64,000 nt of DNA from an uncultured Eubacteriales bacterium (GTDB taxonomy: Bacteria > Bacillota > Clostridia > Christensenellales > Aristaeellaceae). The translations under genes were made by a program, and so were the position numbers. Every line of letters begins with the position of its first letter. The stretch's first letter is position 1. Positions 63,084 to 64,000 of the stretch are shown here, piece after piece. The stretch is taken from contig URJB01000005.1 in the NCBI GenBank assembly GCA_900548145.1, forward strand, positions 14,589 to 78,588. Direction: 5' to 3'. The notes under the pieces were generated by a model. It made no database searches, had not been told where the DNA came from, and saw only the letters and a list, made by a program, of their open reading frames with translations.

Positions 63084-64000
63084 ATGCCCTGCACTACCTT
63101 ATTGGTCGGCAAAAAAGCCAGCTACGACGGCTCTACCCTGATGGCCCGCAACGAGGACTCCGGCGCGGGACGATTCACCGCCAAGAAATTTATCGTCGTT
63201 CATCCCGACGAGCAGCCCCGGCACTACCGCAGCGTCATTTCCAAGGTGGAGATCGACCTGCCGGACAATCCCATGCGCTACACCGCCATGCCCGACGCGG
63301 TTCCCGTGCAGGGCATCTGGGGCGAGGCCGGCATCAACGAATGCAACGTGGCCATGAGCGAAACGGAGACCCTGACCTCCAACCCGCGGGTGCTGGGAGC
63401 CGATCCGCTGGTGGAAGGCGGCATCGGCGAGGAGGACATGCTCACCATCGTGCTGCCCTACATCCACAGCGCCCGGGAAGGCGTGCTGCGGCTGGGCGCG
63501 CTGCTGGAGCAGTACGGCACCTACGAAATGAACGGCATCGGTTTTCAGGATCTGGACGAGATCTGGTGGCTGGAATCCGTCGGCGGCCACCACTGGATGG
63601 CCAAGCGGGTGCCAGATGACGCTTACGTGGTCGTCCCCAATCAGCAGGGCATCGACTATTTTGACTTCAAGGACGCGCTGGGCGAAGGAAAGAATCACCT
63701 CTGCTCGGCCGATCTGGCGGACTTCATCCGGGAAAACCATCTGGATCTGGGCTTGGACGGCGTAGACCCTGCGGAAGCGGAGGACTTCGACGTTCGGGCG
63801 GCGCTGGGCAGCCACAGCGACGCGGATCACTGCTACAACACGCCCCGGGCGTGGTATATGCTGCGCTGCCTGAATCCCACTACCTTCGTGTGGGACGGCC
63901 CCGACGCGGACTTCACCCCCGAATCCGACGATCTGCCGTGGTGCATGGTGCCCGAGCGCAAGATCACCGTGGAAGACGTGAAATACGTGCTTTCTTCCTA
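63084..64000 (+). CDS. C69-family dipeptidase (Ntn Cys hydrolase), 3' end outside window
   Basis: [26 protein letters not shown] after RBS gggaggga. Frame stays open to the window end (…[13 protein letters not shown]). Absent from the track only because it has no stop. Confidence 0.85.
   Translation, partial: MPCTTLLVGKKASYDGSTLMARNEDSGAGRFTAKKFIVVHPDEQPRHYRSVISKVEIDLPDNPMRYTAMPDAVPVQGIWGEAGINECNVAMSETETLTSNPRVLGADPLVEGGIGEEDMLTIVLPYIHSAREGVLRLGALLEQYGTYEMNGIGFQDLDEIWWLESVGGHHWMAKRVPDDAYVVVPNQQGIDYFDFKDALGEGKNHLCSADLADFIRENHLDLGLDGVDPAEAEDFDVRAALGSHSDADHCYNTPRAWYMLRCLNPTTFVWDGPDADFTPESDDLPWCMVPERKITVEDVKYVLSS

Noticed and set aside
63099-63830. 243-aa minus-strand ORF
   Set aside because: Antisense to the open-ended C69 dipeptidase frame, which starts with the canonical MPCTT…DGS…ARNEDS N-terminus after a strong RBS.

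Overview
High-GC Firmicutes/Clostridia-type chromosome segment. The gene content (bile-salt-hydrolase-type and C69 Ntn hydrolases, fucosidase, many sugar genes) suggests a gut Oscillospiraceae-like anaerobe, but that taxon is only a guess. About 50 protein genes are supported; I found no rRNA, tRNA, CRISPR array or intact mobile element. Left to right: (1) 3' end of an IlvD/Edd dehydratase gene. (2) An IclR-controlled glycerate / tartronate-semialdehyde module (1.6-5.9 kb). (3) A four-gene ABC-2/GldG/DUF4340-like module (6.1-10.5 kb). (4) A membrane-anchored AraC-type sensor followed by a ~16 kb, 11-gene, translationally coupled sugar locus (13.1-28.9 kb): solute-binding protein, two permeases, GH31, three paralogous GHL6/GH42-like TIM-barrel proteins of unknown activity, two D-2-hydroxyacid dehydrogenases and a xylose-isomerase-like TIM-barrel protein. 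(5) A minus-strand block with an M20 peptidase plus two unknown membrane proteins, a histidine phosphatase, a GH29 fucosidase, and potABCD with an XRE-cupin regulator, then YitT. (6) An apparently highly expressed operon encoding a NifU/IscU-like protein and a 'GGGtGRT' protein of unknown function (40.9-42.7 kb), divergent from an XRE/S24-like regulator. (7) A small accessory patch: phased ACTCGTACA repeats, a 44-codon tyrosine-integrase remnant, a secreted gluzincin-like protein, a GNAT/YoaP protein, and GH127 with its AraC regulator. (8) sbcDC. (9) A YbaK-like deacylase and a rhodanese-TtcA fusion. (10) MerR, a heterodimeric ABC exporter and a MATE exporter. (11) Divergent choloylglycine hydrolase and C69 dipeptidase (the latter runs off the window). 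The two best candidates for undescribed biology are the GHL6-triplet/redox sugar locus and the NifU-like/GGGtGRT operon. Many very long ORFs in the supplied track are antisense shadows of GC3-rich genes and were rejected. All family assignments come from motif recognition by eye, not from searches.
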